Counted from the first letter of the stretch, positions 49,508-61,790 are shown. The stretch is DNA of 64,000 nucleotides from Felis catus (GCF_018350175.1 NC_058368.1:223946001-224010000); one strand, 5' to 3'. Made by a program: numbers and translations. Notes: generated by a model not told the origin, from the letters alone.

Positions 49508-51235
49508 TATATACATATTTGTTATTATATATAATATATATTATATATTATATGTATTTTTAATTTTATGTGTGTATACAAATATACAAAGCAAAAAATC
49601 AAAAAGATGATTAATGACAATACTGGGTAAACAATGAGTGTATGGATGTATTCACTTAAGTTTCAAAAGCATATATTTTCAATACGGTTATAAAATAGAA
49701 TATGAAACCTGAACTTCTGAGATAATTGATGTAGTTTTATCTGTCTGCCATTGGTTAATAACCTCCGAGCTGTGATTTTATCTCAATGTCAAGAATAAAA
49801 AGGTTGATAATTTAGACATCTTAAAAATTAACAAGGCAATTATTGAATTGTCTCAAGATAACTGTGTGTAAATTGACCATGTTGCAGTTTAATGCATTTA
49901 TATTTCCTGGCTTCTTGTACCATCCTTGAAATGCTGAAAAGAAATGCTTTCAAATTAATGAAATCATAGTTTCTTCCCTGACTCAATCTATTCTCCTTTC
50001 TCGTGGATACAATAGAGGTTTATCCTGGCTTTAATTTAATTTAGACTATATTTAAATTTAGATTAATTTAGACTCCTAATTTAGGTTTTTTGGTTTGGGG
50101 ATTGAAAGAAAAAAGTAGAAGTGTTTTTTCTTTGCATTCTTATTCTATACATTAGTATCCGACTCCTTTGGCAAGAAGTATCACAGCCTCCTAGAAGCTG
50201 CCAGCTGGATTTTTTTTTCCCTATTTCTCCGTGTTACAGCAAAGGACAACTGCAAGGAATTTAAAGGAAAAAGAAGAAAGGAGGGGACACTGAAGGTGCG
50301 TCTCAGGATAAATGGCTGAGTCACTGAAACTGAAGTCAGTGATGAATTCTTTGCCTCACATCATTTCCATTTTAATCTGCCTGAATACAAATAAAACACC
50401 GAAATAGAACATGTTCTAGAGAATATGTATGTGGATATTTTATTTCTCGTCAGTTGAATTTAATTCTATTTACGGTTTAAAAATTCCAACTGAAACATGT
50501 AGAGGAGTGATAATAGCAAAGTGGTCACTAACTTGCTGATGAGCTACATTCTCATATTCTTCTGCTTCATTTGCAAGTTCTGCAGAATGAATTCTATTCC
50601 CTGACAGGTCACTTGTCATTCTTTCCCATTTTATTAGAATACAGAACACTTCACCTGAGCAGCAGGAATAATGCAGCTATCTTATTTTATGTTACTTCTT
50701 GGTAGTTTATATGTCAAAGATCTAATCTACAATAAATTTTAATATGTCATTCTTTTAATGACAAAGGGCTACCTCATGAGCATTAATATAGCTGCAGCTA
50801 GTAATTGTGGGGCACTGGGTTTAAATGGGGAGTCAAGAGATGTGAACTGAAACCGTAATATCACTACAGATCGGTAATCATAGACAGTATACACTGTTCA
50901 TCCTCAGCTTTAATTTAAATCAGCAAGAGTGGAGCTTCATAAAAATCACACTTTAGAGATAGGTGAACTCTGATAATAACATAATATAATCCTTTCATCT
51001 AATAAATAAGATTTCTATAAAAGGTTATTAACCTTCCCAAGACCATTCGCATAGCCATCTATGGTAATATACCATAATGCATAATATATTTATTTTACAA
51101 TATCTACATTTACATAGCGGTATACTTAACAATAAAGTACATTTAACTGTATAATGCTTCACTTTTCTTAGCCCTTGAGGAGACACTTGCTTTTGGGTGG
51201 ACTTTCTGTCATTGTCAAAACCAACTTGGAAAGTA

Positions 51236-51421
51236 AAATTGCCAGTTAAAGCATATGACATTCAGTTAAGTTCAAATTTCAGATAATCAACGACTCATTT
51301 TAGAGCAAGTATACCCCATATAGTACAATATTTGTGAGATACATATGAAAAAAAAATATTACCCATATATCTAAAATTCAAATTTAATGGAGTTATTTTT
51401 ATTTTTTAATCTGGCAACACT
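51236..51421. mobile_element. MER53 (hAT-type palindromic MITE)
   Basis: TTGCCAG..CAGTTAAGTTCAAATTTCAGATAA ... ATCTAAAATTCAAATTTAA..ATCTGGCAAC. Confidence 0.85.
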
Positions 51422-51720
51422 TCCTCCAATCTCCAGCTACCTTTAGACTCAAAACAACCAGAATGAAAATCTCTTAGTTCACAGGATAGTTTGTAGGTTT
51501 TTATTAATTTGTAGTTTCTTATGCATCACAACACTAATCCTTTTATCGCTTTTGTATCATGAATATATCCATCTATATAGTACCTTTTCTTCCATTTACT
51601 TTGTTATCTTTGAGGAACAGTGTTTCATATATGAAGGCAGTCCAAGTTTGTTAGTCATTTATTTTATACTTAATAATATTTGTGTCTCATTCTTCCCTTT
51701 TCCAAAATTTTAAGAATTTT

Positions 51721-51943
51721 ATTTTTTTAAAGTATTTTTTTTAACGTTTATTTATTTTTGAGACAGAGAGAGACAGAGCATGAATGGGGAATGGTCAGAT
51801 AGAGGGAGACACAGAATCTGAAACAGGCTCCAGGCTCTGAGCTGTCAGCACAGAGCCTGACGCGGGGCTCGAACTCACGGACCGCGAGATCATGACCTGA
51901 GCCGAAGTCGGCCGCTTAACTGACTAAACCACCCAGGCGCCCC
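51721..51943 (-). mobile_element. Can-SINE (SINEC_Fc)
   Basis: Perfect 18-bp TSD CCAAAATTTTAAGAATTT. Confidence 0.97.
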
Positions 51944-51969
51944 ACCAAAATTTTAAGAATTTACATATA

Positions 51970-52205
51970 CAGTAAAGCCTTGAATTGTGAGTAACTTGTT
52001 CTGCAAGTGCTCCACAAGACAAACATTTCTAATAAATTTTACTTGATAAATGAGCAATGTCTTGCAATATGAGTAGCACGTGTTACCAAAAGTCACTTGA
52101 TCACAACTGAGATGACGGTTCTGGAAATTCGCTTTGATATAAGAATGCTTTGGATGACAAGCAGGTTTCTAGAACAAATTATGCTCGCAAACCAGGGTTT
52201 TGCTG
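51970..52205. mobile_element. Tc1/mariner (Tigger/pogo-type) MITE
   Basis: Imperfect terminal inverted repeats CAGTAAAGCCTTGAATTGTGAG / CTCGCAAACCAGGGTTTTGCTG, TA on both sides, 236 bp. Confidence 0.8.
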
Positions 52206-53128
52206 TATTTTTTACCAGAAATTTGAAGGTTTCATTTTTAAAATTTAAGTCATAATCCATATGGCACTGATTTCTGTAAAGAATTTGAGATAGAAACTTA
52301 TTTTTTTTATTTTACATAAAATAATAATATTTCCTAGGTTGCGTCTCCATTGCAGTGATGCACCACTTCTGTTGTTGAGCCACAGACTCGCATGTGCACA
52401 AGGGTGATTGTAAGCTGTGTGTTTCGTGCAAGTTTAGTTCTCCTGTAGAGAACTGTCCTGCTCCCAGATTTAAGCCACACCTGAGATACGACACTATGGA
52501 AAGAAATCCTTCCATCAAAAAACCTTCACATAAACTGAAATATTTATCCAAGACAAATTTAGAGCGGGAGGCAGGAAATGTTTCCTTCTCTAAGGCTTCA
52601 AAGGCAGTCAGACCTTGATGAAGACGTAAAAAGGATAGGAGATATATGAGGTAAAACTGTTTTGTTGAAATATAATTATTTGATCGTGTAAGCATAAATA
52701 GCAGGTAGTGGACAAAATCATGCCTGCGTACAGCTTAACATTGCCCATAGCTACTGGCGTGTCCATCAGAACTGCAACCATCGGATTTGGGGTGGGAAAA
52801 CAGTCCACCCCAAATATGTCATCGTTTAAATTTCGAAGAAGTCGATCATACTAGGCCAAAGAATAATCATTCAAACAGCCAGCTTCTAAGGTTCAGTACG
52901 AAACAGGTGTTAGAAGGTCACACAATGAAATGTATGATATGTCCGCAGGACAAATAGCCATTGAAAAAAGTGCAGGAAAAGTTCAGCTTCCCACAATGTA
53001 ATGAACATGGCCCCAAATGTCTTTTGATGACGGGCATTGTGTCTGGAAGCAATTATTTCCTCATCTTTGAATCTTCCAATAACCTATCTCCGGTGGTGCA
53101 GATTAAGCAACTCAGCAAAATCAATCTT

Positions 53129-53356
53129 TTTTTTTTTTTTTAATTTTTTTTTTCAACATTTATTTATTTTTGGGACAGAGAGAGACAGAGCATGAACGGG
53201 GGAGGGGCAGAGAGAGAGGGAGACACAGAATCAGAAACAGGCTCCAGGCTCTGAGCCATCAGCCCAGAGCCTGACGCAGGGCTCGAACTCACGGACCGCG
53301 AGATCGTGACCTGGCTGAAGTCGGACGCTTAACCGACTGCGCCACCCAGGCACCCC
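53129..53356 (-). mobile_element. Can-SINE, young felid SINEC_Fc variant
   Basis: Perfect TSD TCAGCAAAATCAATCTT; intact A and B boxes; long T tract. Confidence 0.98.
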
Positions 53357-53439
53357 TCAGCAAAATCAATCTTGTTGGAAGAGAGAAGCCACAGCCTTGG
53401 TCTTTCTTGGGAAGCAAGGTTAAGAATGTAGTACCCGTT

Positions 53440-53657
53440 GGAGCTCCTGGGTGGCTCCGTCAGTTGAGTGTCTGACCTTGGCTCAGGTCATGATCTCCTG
53501 GTTCATGAATTTGAGTCTAGCATTGGGCTCTGTGCTGTCAGGGAAGAGCCAGCTTCCAATCCTCTGTCTCCCTCCCCCTCTCTGCTTCTCAGCGGCTCAT
53601 GCTCTCTCTCCCTCAAAAAATAAATAAACAAAAAGAAAAACAACAACAACGACAAAA
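53440..53657 (+). mobile_element. Can-SINE
   Basis: TSD AAGAATG(T/C)AGTAC. Confidence 0.95.
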
Positions 53658-54509
53658 AAGAATGCAGTACTTGTCACATCCCTTAAAAAAAATAAGAAAC
53701 TAAAATATACTAAATAGTAAAATTTAGAAATGTGGGGAGAAATCAGAGATATAAAGTAATCTAGCAGTGGCAGATGACACATTTAGCTCTCTCAATGGGT
53801 ATTATGCTTAAGGAAGAAAATAACTGGTTACTTCGGGCATAAGAAGCCTAGAAATAATTCACAGATATTTTGCACTATTTCCTGTGGTAACAAGTTTTAA
53901 ACTTGCCTTCAGATTTCTGGTGGAATTGATGCTCCCAAAGAAGACATGCATATTCAGACTCCCAAAGGCCTATGATTACATACCACAAATTTAGAAAAGT
54001 GCCATAAACAGCTATTGAGCACTGAATTTAGTCTTTTATTTATTTCAACTGCTTTAGGATTACTTTTAATTGGAGGTTAACACTGAGGCCAAAAATACGG
54101 AATGAAGCTTTTCAATCTTCATCAAGAATCACTATGTGCAAGCAAAAAAAGAGAGAACAATAGAAAATTGGATTGATCCAAATTTAAATGTTTGTGTCTT
54201 AAAAAATGCCATAAACAACATGCAGGTACAGCCCACAAAACTGAAGAAAATATATGTAAATAATATGTCTGATAAGGGACTTGCATCTAGACTATATTAC
54301 AAAAACACAATTCAGTAGTAAAAAGACAATCCAATTAAAAATAGACAAAGAATTTGATTAGACATTTCTCCAAATAAGATATACAAATAACCGGTAAGCA
54401 CATGAAAAGACACCTACATCATTAGTCATTAGACAAACACAAATCAAAACCATAATGAGTTATTCCTTGACACTCACCAGGACAGTTATAATCAAAGGCA
54501 CAGATATCA

Positions 54510-54679
54510 GGGTGCCTGGGTGGCTCAGAGAGTTGAGTGTATTTGATTTCGACTCAGGTGATGATCTCATGTTCACGAGATGGAACCTAGAATTGGGCTC
54601 CATGCTGGGGATGAAGCCTGCTTAAGATCTGTCTCTCTCCTTCTCCCTTTGCTTCTCTCCTTCTCCTTCACACAGGAGG

Positions 54680-54727
<48 letters not shown>

Positions 54728-54781
54728 TCTCCCTCCCTCTCTCTTTCTCAAACAAAACAAAACAAAACAAAACAAAACAAA
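54510..54781 (+). mobile_element. Can-SINE (older) within L1
   Basis: GGGTGCCTGGGTGGCTCAG head; (CT)n; (CAAAA)n tail. Confidence 0.93.
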
Positions 54782-55150
54782 TATAAGAAACGCTGATGAT
54801 GTGAAGAACTCAGAACCTTCCTACATTGCTGATGGGAATGTGAAATGGTTAAGACACTCTGGTACCGTCTGGCAGTTTCTCCAAGTTGAAACAAAGATTA
54901 CCATATAACTAAGAAAAATGAAAACATATGTCTGCACTAAAAAACATGTACACAAATATTCATAACAGTGTTGTTTGAAATAGTTAAAAAAATGGAAACA
55001 ATCCAAATGCACACCAGCTGACGAAAGAATAAATAAAATGTATATATCTATGTAATAGAATGGTATTTAACAATAAAAAGGAAGAAAAGTATGAAGCATG
55101 CTACAACATAGATGTACTTGGAAAACATTATACCAAATTAAAGAAGCCAC

Positions 55151-55568
55151 TGTTAAAAAGGAAACTACCAACCCAGTGTGAAATCACTTGCCCCCAGGAC
55201 AGCAAACCATGACTTAATTGTGATTTCAACCTCTTCAGGAGTGGAATTTTAAGCCAATCAGTCTGGGATTTTCTGGTATTCACCAATAAGGTAATCTGGC
55301 ACATGGGTCCTTCTATCACAAAAGAGAATTAATTTGCATGATAAGACGCCCTTATGGGAAGATTACCTGGCTGAAATCAATTAAAAAAAAAAAAATTTTT
55401 GCTAGTAACTCTTGCCCCAACCTCCTTCCTGTAAAAACCTTCCATTTTGTACAACTCCTCAGAGCTTTCCTCTACTTGCTAGATGGGTTGCTGTCTGATT
55501 TAAGTACTGTTTAATAAAGCCAATTAGATCTTTAAATTTACTTGGTTGCATTTTGTTTTTTTTTAACA
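55151..55568 (+). mobile_element. ERV1-type solo LTR (MER34A-like)
   Basis: TGTTAAAAA...TTTTTAACA termini, 418 bp, CCAAT boxes, AATAAA near the 3' end; L1 sequence resumes on both sides. Confidence 0.8.
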
Positions 55569-57227
55569 CAGTCATAGAAGACCACATACTGTATAATTCC
55601 ATTTATATGAAAGATACAGAATAGACAAATCTATAGAGACACAAAGTAGATTAATGGTTGGCTGCAGGGTGGGGTTGAGAGAAACAGGAGTGATAATGGG
55701 CCTAGGATAATTTTGGGAAGGGGTGGTGATGAAATGGTTTATAGTTGATGGTGGTAATGCTTACACAACTCTATAAATATATGAAAAACTATTGAATTTA
55801 CATTCCAAATGGGTGAATTTTATGCTGTGTGAATTCTATGTCAATAAATGAGTTATAGGGTGAATTCTATGTTAATAAATGAGTTACAGAGTTGCCCTGT
55901 ATAGGGTCACCATAGGCCCATCAGCAGTGCCCAGAGGTTCAGTGGCGCTCAGAGGCAGAGCCTGTAGGATTATCTCCGTCAACTGGGAAATAAGCATTCT
56001 CAGTAACACCCCATTCAGTTGCAGCAAGAGTGTAGCCTGGATTCATGATGAGAACTGGCCCCATTCATTTCAGGGAATACCCTGTGACAAAGGAGTAACA
56101 CATTCAAATTCTCTTGGAGGGCAAGCTAGAACGTTGGGAACCTATCTTCATCGAGTGAGGGAGATCTGTCAACTCTGGTTTAGGATCAGGGTGGAGAGAA
56201 AGAGATGAGCCATTGTTTTCCAAGGTTAAATAAAAAAAAAATTGCAATTAAGACAGTCTAAATAAGGACACTTTTTAATGTGTAATCAGGTAACAGTGAA
56301 AATAGGAGAAGGAGTTCAGAAAGGGATGACGAAGACAAAGTACCACCTGAGATAGGGGATTTTAACCACCAAGATAATATATGGGATGCCTGTGGCTTTG
56401 GCTTTGGATTGAGACAAAAGTGATTTAAAAAGGAACTGAAAGTCAAAAGTCCATTAAAAACAAACACAAGAACGAACAAACAGGAAATCCCCAGGAAGTA
56501 CAGAATTAGCATGCGAGTTTGTCTGAGACAGAGACAAAGAGCTAACAAGATCTGCAGAAAGGGACAAGGAGAGGCCAAAGCCAGTCTGAAGACCCATGCA
56601 CCTTACAAGCCACAGAAGAAAGAGTCCTGGACTCTGGCAGGGGGCTGTGCTGTCCCAGGAGGAGCTGCCAGCCCTGGAGGCGAACCTGAGGAGGTCAACC
56701 TGGGGGCTGCAGGTGTCCAGCACTGAGAACAACAGCCTGGGTCAAGTTGGAGAAATGGTTACAACTCTTTTATCAAGTAGCAGCATTCCTCCCAGCACTT
56801 TCAATAATAATTTCCATAGTTAATTCAGCTTTCAGGTGGTTCTTCTTCAGTTCGATATTTTGCAGTAACAAAAAATCTTTTACTATAGCAAAACAAATAG
56901 GCAACTGAATGGTAACTTGGCTTCTGGAGTGGCAATATCTCATGTGCTGAAGTCTTAACTACTTTAAATAGGTTCATCCTGCTAGTGTCATAGCGATTTT
57001 CTCAAGAGCTGTAGGAACTCAAACTGGTTTTGTCTGAGTTTATTGCTGAATTCATCTAAAGAGAAAAAAAACTGTTGGAGCAAAGTGTTTCATTTCTGAT
57101 ACATTCTACACAATGTAAAAAAACAAAAAAACAAAAAAAACCCAAAACTTTTTTGGTTTAAATGTTCATTGATGGATTAAATTATTCTTAGAATGGCTGT
57201 ATAAGCTGAAATATCATCAACTATTTT

Positions 57228-57440
57228 AATTTTTTTTTTTTAACGTTTATTTATTTTTGAGACAGAGAGAGACAGCATGAACGGGGGACGGGCAGAGAGA
57301 GGGAGACACAGAATCCGAAACAGGCTCCAGGCTCCGAGCCATCAGCACATAGCCTGATGCGGGGCTCGAACCCACGTACCGCGAGATCGTGACCTGAGCC
57401 GAAGTCGGCCGCTTAACCGACTGAGCCACCCAGGCACCCC
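57228..57440 (-). mobile_element. Can-SINE (SINEC_Fc)
   Basis: Perfect 17-bp TSD ATATCATCAACTATTTT. Confidence 0.97.
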
Positions 57441-58248
57441 ATATCATCAACTATTTTTAAATGAAGTTACAGGAGGAGCGACAGCAAAGGAGCATAAACT
57501 AGAATTTTAAATGAATGAGAATGTATATTTGCACCTTTTTCTTTTCCACGTTTATGAATATTTGTGAATCAGAAGTTGAGTAGTAAAATGTCTGCCTCCC
57601 TTTTCCTTTAATGGCAACAATATGAATTTCCTCATGTTAGCTAAATGCCACTTTAGATGTAAGGATAAAAAGGGATGGAGAAGGGAAAGAAGAAAAAAGA
57701 AGGAAGGCAAAAATAAGTAAATGAAAGCCACCTTTCCCACTACTTTAAAGAGACCCATAAAGAAATTCTATGGTGCTCTTCTGCATTTCTTTCTCTCACA
57801 TCCTTGTTCCTATTTCACCTGACACGCATGAAGCCATACTGCAATGAAATTCAACTCGAATAGAAACTTCCTCACTGTTACTATTCTATAAGCTTACAAA
57901 TGTTGAAACTACGTGGATAAGCTTCTATATTACTAAAGAAAACAATTTGATATTTTATAAACATAATTACAAGCATTTTAGAGCCTGTGTAATCAGGTCA
58001 CCCATGCATAGCTGAGCGGTGTTATTCGTACTCACAAAACGGATAAGCAGCATATTCATAAGCCTCAATGAGAGGTATCCTCCAACATTTAAAGGAGTCT
58101 ACTCAAATTTAAAAATTCTATAAACAGCATTTATTTACAGGGACTGGGAAATATTTTGTATTTTTTCAGTGGGCCTATATTGAGTATAGCATAATAAAGA
58201 GAGGTATGGACCAAGGGCAGTTAAATTTGTTCTTTAAAAATGAAGTGA

Positions 58249-58472
58249 GGGGCGCCTGGGTGGCGCAGTCGGTTGAGCGTCCGACTTCAGCCAGGTCACG
58301 ATCTCGCGGTCTGTGAGTTCAAGCTCCGCGTCAGGCTCTGGGCTGATGGCTCAGAGCCTGGAGCCTGTTTCCGATTCTGTGTCTCCCTCTCTCTCTGCCC
58401 CTCCCCCGTTCATGCTCTGTCTCTCTCTGTCCCAAAAATAAATAAACGTTGAAAAAAAATTAAAAAAAAAAA
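58249..58472 (+). mobile_element. Can-SINE, young felid SINEC_Fc variant
   Basis: Diagnostic TGGCGCAG and GGGCTGATGG; TSD AAAAAT(G/A)AAGTGA. Confidence 0.97.
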
Positions 58473-58584
58473 TAAAAATAAAGTGATAATAAATTTGGAG
58501 TTGCCTACTGATACCACCTGTAAGGTGGTAAGAAGATGCATCTGGAGACAAAGATCAAGAGAAAGATGACAGAAACAATAAAAT

Positions 58585-58588
58585 AAAA

Positions 58589-58642
<54 letters not shown>
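58585..58642. repeat. A-run plus (AT)n microsatellite
   Basis: Direct inspection. Confidence 0.95.
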
Positions 58643-58643
<1 letters not shown>

Positions 58644-59075
58644 CTACTTTAGGCAGGAAGCAGTAACTCATTGCGGAAAATGGCCAATGAATTTCTAGAA
58701 CAGTGTGGTATAATCACATTCTGATAAATCAAAATCCTGAGTAAATAAATGTACATTGCGTGCAAAATTTTGTGGCGCAAGAGAGTTGAGGCAGAGAGCA
58801 GGATGACAGCTCAGTGCCTACAGCTTGGATAGGGGGTCTTTAGAATAAATCCTTGAGTGCCACTCTTTCCTAATGTCTTCATTTCCAAGGTGGGTTCAAA
58901 CACATATCCAGCAGCCTGGAGAAGAAATGATGGGAAAGCATTCTTGATCCTCTATTTAATTCCAGAAGCTTTCCTCCAAGTTTGGCTCTTTTTTTATTGG
59001 AGATGTATATAAATAACATAAAGATTAGTTGTGTGACAAAGTTATTGCATTTGTTTACAGAAGAAGTTGTTCAAG

Positions 59076-59076
<1 letters not shown>

Positions 59077-59109
<33 letters not shown>
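59077..59109. repeat. (TG)n microsatellite
   Basis: Direct inspection. Confidence 0.95.
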
Positions 59110-59110
<1 letters not shown>

Positions 59111-60489
59111 TTTAGTATTACAGTGTAGTGACACAAAAGACTTACAATAAAACCTGGCTCTTAGCAATAGTCCATGAACTAAAGTAAAGATAAATTCCAG
59201 TTGCCCTAATATGAATTACTCACTCAACAAAAACAGTAGCTGAATTCTTCAACCCATGGCCCTCCTTACCAATAGCCTAAGCCGTTAACGGTTGATTGCC
59301 ATTATGGAAGACAGCTAATGCCGTGAGGGAACGGTGGCTCCATTACTAGATGACAAGTCACTTATGTAGCAGCGAAGGGAGTCAAAGTTTTAGGGAAAAA
59401 GCAGTGGGGCCAGATTGTGGGTTGTCAAAGCTTTTTGTGAAGTCATTTCAGGTCTTAAGGGAAAAACTTTGCACATGATTACACAACCTATTCCCATTTT
59501 GTATGAAATTTTCTGGGTCTTGCCACAACTTGGAAAACAATGATTCCATTGCAGGATACACAGCTGAACAGGCAAGCGTATCCTTTGTTGAGATAGTCTG
59601 TCTCTACCAGGGGCCAGGAATGGTCTAGAAATGACTGCTAACTCTTATGTGTGTATTTAGTGCCTGCAGAAAGTCTTTGTCCAAAGCCCAGAGACCAGAA
59701 ATGACTAGTAGAATCTTACTGCCAAAGCTTTACACTTGATATTAAAGCATCTGTTACTTCAGAACACCCGAGGGAAAAGTAGCCTATTTTAAAGACTTCT
59801 TTCTGGCTGCTTAAATTGTATTTAAACTTTCTTCTTATAGGAAACCTCATTTAAGTTAACTGTAAGTTAGAAAATTTTGTATAGCTCTACTTTAATAGAG
59901 CCCCCTGGTGTGTAATAGACTTCTTGCAATATCCAAGGTGTCTGATTATCTACTGGGCTTCCTTATTTATAATTAGCAGTGAGGGGGTGGGGGGGAGCCA
60001 TCAAAATGAAAAAAAAAAAGTTCTGAAAGTATCATGGAAGACATAATCCAAATGTATAATTGTCCCCTCTCCAGGTTTTCTTTTCCTTTGAAATTCTTCC
60101 AATTAATGTGACACTCCTGGCCTTAAGCTCCCCTTTCACATTATTTCCCTGGAAAGTTGAGTGACTTGACTTCACTGGAAAATCTTAGAAAAATAAAATG
60201 AGTATTCCTGACTCATAAATTAAAAAAACAAACAAACAAACAATAAAAACAAAAAAACAAAAAAACAAAAAAAAAAAACAAGAGGCCTATTAGAACATTT
60301 TAGGTGCGAGACAATCCTCATCATCTTTTTAAAATAATTATTGAAAACTGAATGATAATCATGATTATCTCCTTTGAATGTAGTTATAAGCATGAAAATT
60401 GTAAAAGGATATTTGAGAGTAATCAAATAGGCATAATCAACCAAAAATTCATTCAGAATTATGAGTATGATGGGAAAAATAATCAACTC

Positions 60490-60860
60490 GTCCTTCATTC
60501 AAGAAATATTTACCTATGGTCTCCTGTGTGCTACCTTTTACTCACAATACCGGGAATACAGCTACTGATGAAATGGAACTTATATTCTATTAGTAAGGGA
60601 CAGTAAAGAAAATGAACGTACACATTTTAACATACGAGGTACTGTTAAGCACTATTCATAAGTATAAAATAGTAAAGAGATAAATGCAGGATTAAGATAT
60701 TAGAGCAAAGACCAAATGTGTTGTGGAGATGAAGCCATATATTGGGAGTAGGGAGTGAGGCCCAGAGAAGAAACATTAGCGAAAACATGCTTTTCCTGTG
60801 TAAAGACTATCCTGGAAGCCGATGTAGCCACAGCAAAGGGAACAGAGGAAGGTGACAGGA
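60490..60860 (-). mobile_element. L2 3' fragment
   Basis: TTCATTCAAGAAATATTTAC..GGGAATACAG..ATGGAACTTATATTCTA antisense L2 end. Confidence 0.6.
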
Positions 60861-61324
60861 GCTACATATGTCAGCACAGTGACTGGGGCGACACTCAAAT
60901 ACTCTTATGTGGCGCTAAATCACCATTTATTAAATCGCTTACTACTGTTTTTTTTAAAATTTTGTAACGTGTTGCTGAGCATTGGTTGAAAGCAGAGGAA
61001 CTCATTCTAAACCAAAGGTGGTTTTGTTTTGCTTTGTCTTGTTGTTTTGTTTTGAAGGTCACTAAAGGAATTCCTTCTGCAATATTCTTCTGGCCACTTA
61101 ATTAATTTTAAAACTGTAAAAGTAACATGTGTGGAAATACTGCATGGAGCAAAACCCTTATTGTGATAAACTGTGCAATGGTCATGTTGGCACTAACGAG
61201 TATATTTTAAAGAATTTGGTAAAAGATGTAGTAGACTATCTCTTAGCCAACTGGGATTACCCACCATCTTCCACTCTGTCTTTGAAAAGCACTCGTATGG
61301 TAGTGCAGCTATCTCTTTAAGATC

Positions 61325-61790
61325 CCGGTTTCACTGGCAGCATTATTCACAATAACCAAGACATGGAAACAACATAAGAGTCCATCAGTGGATGAATGGA
61401 AAGAGAAACTGGAGTATATATACACAATGTATTTAACCTTAAAAATGATGCAAATCTTGCCATATGTGACGACATGAATAAAACTGGAAGACATCACGCT
61501 AAGTGAAATAAGCAGTCACAGAGGGACAAACACTTCAGGATACCGTTTATATGAAGGATCGGAAATAGTCAAACTCATAAAAACAGAGAGTAGAATGGTA
61601 GTTGCCAGGGACCGAGGGGAGGGGAGCTGCTGTTCAATGTGTATCCAGTAATAGTTGTGCAGAATCAGTAAGTTCTAGAGATCTGTGGCCCAACAGTGTG
61701 CCTATAGTTAACAATACAGTATTGTGCACGGAAAAATGTGTTAATAAGTAGAATTCATAATAATTATTTTTACTATAAGGAAAAAATGGT
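61325..61790 (+). mobile_element. L1MA9/10-like 3' fragment
   Basis: GCAGCATTATTCACAATAACCAAGACATGGAAACAAC..GTCCATCAGTGGATGAATGG..AAGTTCTAGAGATCTG. Confidence 0.88.

Larger units (their letters stand above)
54135..55880 (+). mobile_element. L1MB-type element (ORF2 end plus 3' UTR), interrupted by a SINE and an LTR
   Basis: AGACATTTCTCCAAATAAGATATACAAATAACCGGTAAGCACATGAAAAGA; 3' end GGGTGAATTTTATGCTGTGTGAATTCTATGTCAATAAA. Confidence 0.88.

Noticed and set aside
52312..52695. 127-aa minus-strand ORF
   Set aside because: No recognisable domain and no convincing splice framing; the region is kept only as a CpG-retention finding.
1323..58472. tRNA-like A and B boxes
   Set aside because: All lie in tRNA-derived SINE heads; no standalone tRNA gene seen.
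1366..58551. Many 60-110 aa ORFs of the MAQSVKRLTSAQVMIS.. type and their antisense versions
   Set aside because: They are translations of Can-SINE bodies, not genes.
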